A DNA stretch of 64,000 nucleotides, from contig JAQGDQ010000310.1 in NCBI GenBank assembly GCA_030141605.1, forward strand, positions 62,001-126,000, given 5' to 3'. The notes beneath the pieces were generated by a model that saw only the letters and a list, made by a program, of their open reading frames with translations, had not been told where the DNA came from and searched no databases. Of this stretch, positions 60,022 to 64,000 are shown in pieces; position 1 is the first letter of the stretch; every line of letters starts with the position of its first letter. This DNA is from Tubiluchus corallicola. Taxonomy: Eukaryota; Animalia; Priapulida. The position numbers were made by a program, and so were the translations under genes.

Positions 60022-62021
60022 ATGGCGCCGTCCGTGGTTAAGGTAGACGGGTATAAAAAAGCTTGTGAAATTTTAGAAGCTAATAAAAGTAATCCGAATG
60101 TATTTGTCCTTTTTAGTGGCGCTAAGGATGACCAGGGAAAAAGCTGGTGTCCGGATTGTGTTAAGGGTAAGAGAAAATTCAGTTATAATTGTTGTGTTAT
60201 TAACAATTATAAATAGGGTATGTTATTATGACTTATGGTAATGCTGAAAAAAGTTATAAAGGTATGTGTTTGCCTATATACTGTTAGTGCAGTTTTTTGT
60301 TATGTTGGATTATAATAGATCATAAAATTATGTTTTGAAGTATTTTTACGTTTTAATTGATTCTTTCAACTGTTAAGAACCTTGTTACAAACAAATTTAA
60401 GTCAAATTAGCCTATAGTTATACTTATTAATATAATTTATATTCTTTTATCATCTTTCTAAAAGCTAAATTTTTTTCATTAAATGTGATTCATTAGAGTT
60501 TCATTGTTAATGACATATTCTTCTTTCTGCTGATTCATTTACAAAAGCTGATTGTATACAATTGGGATGAGCCATTTTTTATTTTGCAGCAGAGCCAGTG
60601 ATAACTGCTGAATTTCAGAAATGCCCAAATGATTTCATGCTGATTTACTGCAGTGTTGGTGACAGAGCATCTTGGAAGGACAAGACGAATGTCTTTCGCA
60701 CTGATCCAAAGCTCAGACTCAACTCGGTCCCCACTTTAGTTAAATGGGGAAAGGTGAGGAGGACATCGTTTAAGGTTTTGTCGAATTTAATAATTTAACT
60801 TATTAGCATTCTTTGCTTCCTAGGTATTGTTTCAGAGCTGCTTCTACGTGGAATGTATTGCCATTTATATTGTTTGATTAATTGATTTGGCAAATTACAT
60901 GTTACAGCATTAACGAAAATCCATTTACAAAATTTACGGTACAAATTTAGAACACGTTTCATCTCATTATTCATCAGTTCAGAGTGGGTCGGAATTTACT
61001 AATAGGTAATAAAATACTGGTACAATGAAAGAATAATGGTGATTAACTTCCTGGGATCACCAAAGTTTAAAAAACTTACTGTCAATAGGGTTCTAAACAT
61101 TATTGTTGTGGAATAATACTGTTAGGAAAAATACTTTTTAGAAGGCTACTTTGAAAAATAATACTGGGTTTGATATCATTGTAGTTTTGTAGTGTATCAC
61201 TTGCAGCAGTTTTGTTCAAGGAAAACTTTAAAAAACAAAAGGATAAGCACCTTACCTTACCACTGCCTGTGTTTAATTTGTTTCAAAAGTGTTTCACACG
61301 AAATTTTTTTGATGGAGTAGCACTTGCAGTTTTCTCACTTATATGAAAGAATTATTACCAGAGAAATATAACTTCACTTTCGCGCGGGTAGTTCTTTGCT
61401 GTTACATGCATTTCGTCATTTGCTGGTTAGACTGGCACGAGCGTCTGTATTTCGGAAACACATTGCACAAAAAACAGTTGCAGTACCTCTTAGTTCAGAG
61501 GTGTTGAGTCGTGATGTAGGACATGCATTCAAGAGCTTGTGTGTAAGCATAACGAGAAAAATTGAAATTTGATATTTAAACTTCAAATATGTCGATCTTT
61601 TGTGTATACATCACACTGAATTTTGTACTGTATTTCAACTTCCGCTTCCGCAAACAGTACAAAACACTCGTGAAATGCTTGTGCTGTTGAAAATTATGTT
61701 CAGTTGTGATGTCATCATTAGTTAGGCTCACTCGCCATCAATTAAGTTTAATTATTTGTTTAATCCTCATTTAAGTCTTATTTGGTTAACTATCAGAAAC
61801 AGTTGGCATTAGGCTTTAAAATATTTACTTTTTACCATACTTCAAAATGCGGCAGGATGTGAAAAATCACTCTGTTTTACTTTAAGTGAATTCCTAGGCA
61901 GTTTTGAACCACTTTTCTTTCATTGGTACAATTAACTGCCATTTTGTTTCAGCCTCAAAAGTTAGAAGAAGAGCAGTGTGCCGACCCAAAACTCGTAGAA
62001 ATGATGTTTGAGGAAGATTAG
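60022..62021 (+). CDS. TXNDC17: Thioredoxin domain-containing protein 17 (TRP14), 3 exons, 125 aa
   Basis: Exons 60022-60166, 60590-60753, 61953-62021 (phases 1,0); [23 protein letters not shown]...VGDRASWKD..NVFRTDPKLRLNSVPTLVKWGKPQKLEEEQC with the WCPDC active site. Confidence 0.96.
61340..61885. mobile_element. Dispersed repeat family C
   Basis: Colinear with 27865-28465 and 40430-41003; ends TTTAA. Confidence 0.7.
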
Positions 62022-62084
62022 CTTTTACGCGTGGAAAAAGCGAAGTATTGAAAAGAGTGCCAACTGCTTTGATCTTACTAAGTA

Positions 62085-62630
62085 CCGTATTTTCCCATGT
62101 ATAAGAGACCCTTGTGTATAAGAGACCCCTTCAATTTTTAGGCAAAAATTCTGGAAAAAAGTTTTTTGGTAATGAATAACTTTATTCATCATAGAAATCA
62201 TTAAATTCCTCATCACTCTCATCAACCGCTTCATAGTCGAACGCGACACGCCTTGCTTAGGCTGACTCATCTCGTTGACCTCTGCCGACGTATCAATGAC
62301 GTCGACGGGCATGCAGAGAGCTTATGCAGATACGTTGATTAGCTGCAGAACAATCGATTTCTCTCCAATACCAAAGAGACATTTAAAAAAATAATAACTT
62401 ACCCGGTACATTAATTTTATCATTAGAATTTAGCAATGGAGAAGATTTATTGAAAGGAAACTATAATTATTCGAAATAAAACAGTTGTAGAGCACTTATT
62501 TCTTTAAAATCATTAGTGTCACAATTTATGCATCTTATTGAAAAGACTTACTCCCATGTATAAGAGACCCCCTATTTTTAAAGTGAAAATTCTGAGCAAA
62601 AAAGGGTCTCTTATACATGGGAAAATACGG
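62085..62630 (-). mobile_element. pogo/mariner-type MITE with perfect TIRs, in TXNDC17 3' region
   Basis: TA|CCGTATTTTCCCATGTATAAGAGACCC ... GGGTCTCTTATACATGGGAAAATACGG|TA; minus strand retains acidic DESDEEFNDFYDE* typical of pogo-type transposase C-termini. Confidence 0.9.
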
Positions 62631-63924
62631 TAATTACTGCAGGATCCGGTACATCATAAGCCTTGATCAAACTTACAATGAGGAGCTTCAGCAAGTTTGT
62701 TATGCTATCTTTCCAAGGGAAGAAAATGTAATTTGTGTATTATTTGTTTGCTTATAAAACAGCATTTGTATCACTTTTGAAAGGGCAAACTTCTATTTCA
62801 CTTGTGGATGTAATTTGACACATACGAGTAGTTTTTACATTTGCAGTTGTTTAGCTGTGTGTTAGCTTTACACACAGTATGTATTTCATCTAATGTTTTT
62901 ATTATTTAAGCATTTAAATGTGTGCTTGCGTAGCAAAATCGTCCATAAGTTGACAGTTAAGTTTTCCTACTCATTCACAATTTCCATTTCATGAGGATCA
63001 TTTTGATACCAAGTTCATCACTCTATGTTATTTCTAAGCTAAAATAATCTACGTTGAAGTTGAGGTGCAGGCTGCACACTGAAAAACGTAACCTTGAGAA
63101 AATCACTGTTAAAGTTAGCCATTGTTTTTTGTTGCATTTCTACAAAACCCTTACCAACAAATATCGTACAACCGTACAAATATCGGACTTTGCAAGAGCA
63201 TGTTGAAGTTATGTTTAAATCCAGTCCATGGCTCTTCCTGACAAAGATCTGGACTTGACAACAGAAAAAAACACTTAGCAAAATGACAGCTTCCAGGAAC
63301 TACTATCAGATTTAAAAATAGGAGTTTTTTACAATTGCAGTACTAGTTTCTAGACAGAAAAGTGGATAATGAGTTATAATGAAAGCTAAATTATTGTTTT
63401 TGAGCTATATTGCAATACACTGTAGTGTTGTTATTGTTATCTTTTGATTATTAGATAATGCTGAACATTATTCATTGTGTGTTAATACACTGTGCGGTAG
63501 TACAAGAAGTACAGTATATTGTGCGGTAGTACATTGTGCGGTAGTACAAGTAGCATATACGCATAATAAAACCTTTGAAAATGAGCTAACGAGACAAATG
63601 CCAAACGCTTAAAGTAATTTGCTTGACAAAACATGGCAAATTGGCATGAAAGAATCAAAACATTGCTGCGTGTGTACGTAAGTATTTTCACTGACTACTT
63701 TCAAATTTGTGTTTTAACACCCCGTTGTATTGTGTTTAATTTATTTAATTGAGTCGTGAGTCAGGCCGAATTTTGCATCTTAAAGTTTTGCTCACTACAT
63801 AATTCTTATTGCACGTTTTTAATGCACAAGATACGCGAAGAAAGCATGAGAAGCTTTGACAGTCACTGTAAGTTGCTGCTTAAAGAAGCATGAGAAGCTT
63901 TGACAGTCACTGTAAGTTGCTGCT

Positions 63925-64000
63925 TACATGAAAACCGGATGATTGTGTAAATACGAGTTCAGAATAAAGAATGCTCTAAAATATTGAAAACTACAATAGC
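63925..64000. mobile_element. Start of family A element (inverted), truncated by window edge
   Basis: GAAAACCGGATGATTGTG..GAGTTCAGAATA.AGAATGCTCTAAAATATTGAAAACTACAATAGC matches 26794-26864. Confidence 0.8.

Noticed and set aside
14331-62021. Functional thioredoxin-fold cluster (TXNL4A and TXNDC17)
   Set aside because: Unrelated functions (spliceosome vs redox), 45 kb apart; proximity is probably coincidental without synteny data.

Overview
AT-rich, intron-rich animal genomic DNA (gene content and repeat style suggest an invertebrate, possibly a lophotrochozoan; this is inference). Five protein-coding genes can be reconstructed by hand with GT-AG, phase-consistent exons: (1) the 5' part of a minus-strand YMR196W-like/GH63-related glycosidase running off the left edge; (2) TXNL4A/Dim1 with an uninterrupted CDS; (3) a 13-coding-exon nucleobindin (NUCB1/2 family, ~572 aa) with a Gln-rich repeat tail; (4) a single-exon class A GPCR nested on the same strand in the last nucleobindin intron; (5) TXNDC17/TRP14. 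Introns are filled with minisatellites (25-136 bp units), microsatellites, MITEs (Tc1/mariner-pogo, hAT, Kolobok-like, Harbinger) and LINE ends. The most unusual signals are a 37-bp minisatellite built from a nucleobindin exon end plus its splice donor, the same-strand nested GPCR followed by ~170 donor-like repeats, and a ~5.5 kb non-coding stretch between NUCB and TXNDC17 with plus-strand splice signals and many hand-foldable multibranch RNA structures, overlapped by a candidate antisense promoter. All folds and splice calls were made by eye and need computation and RNA data.
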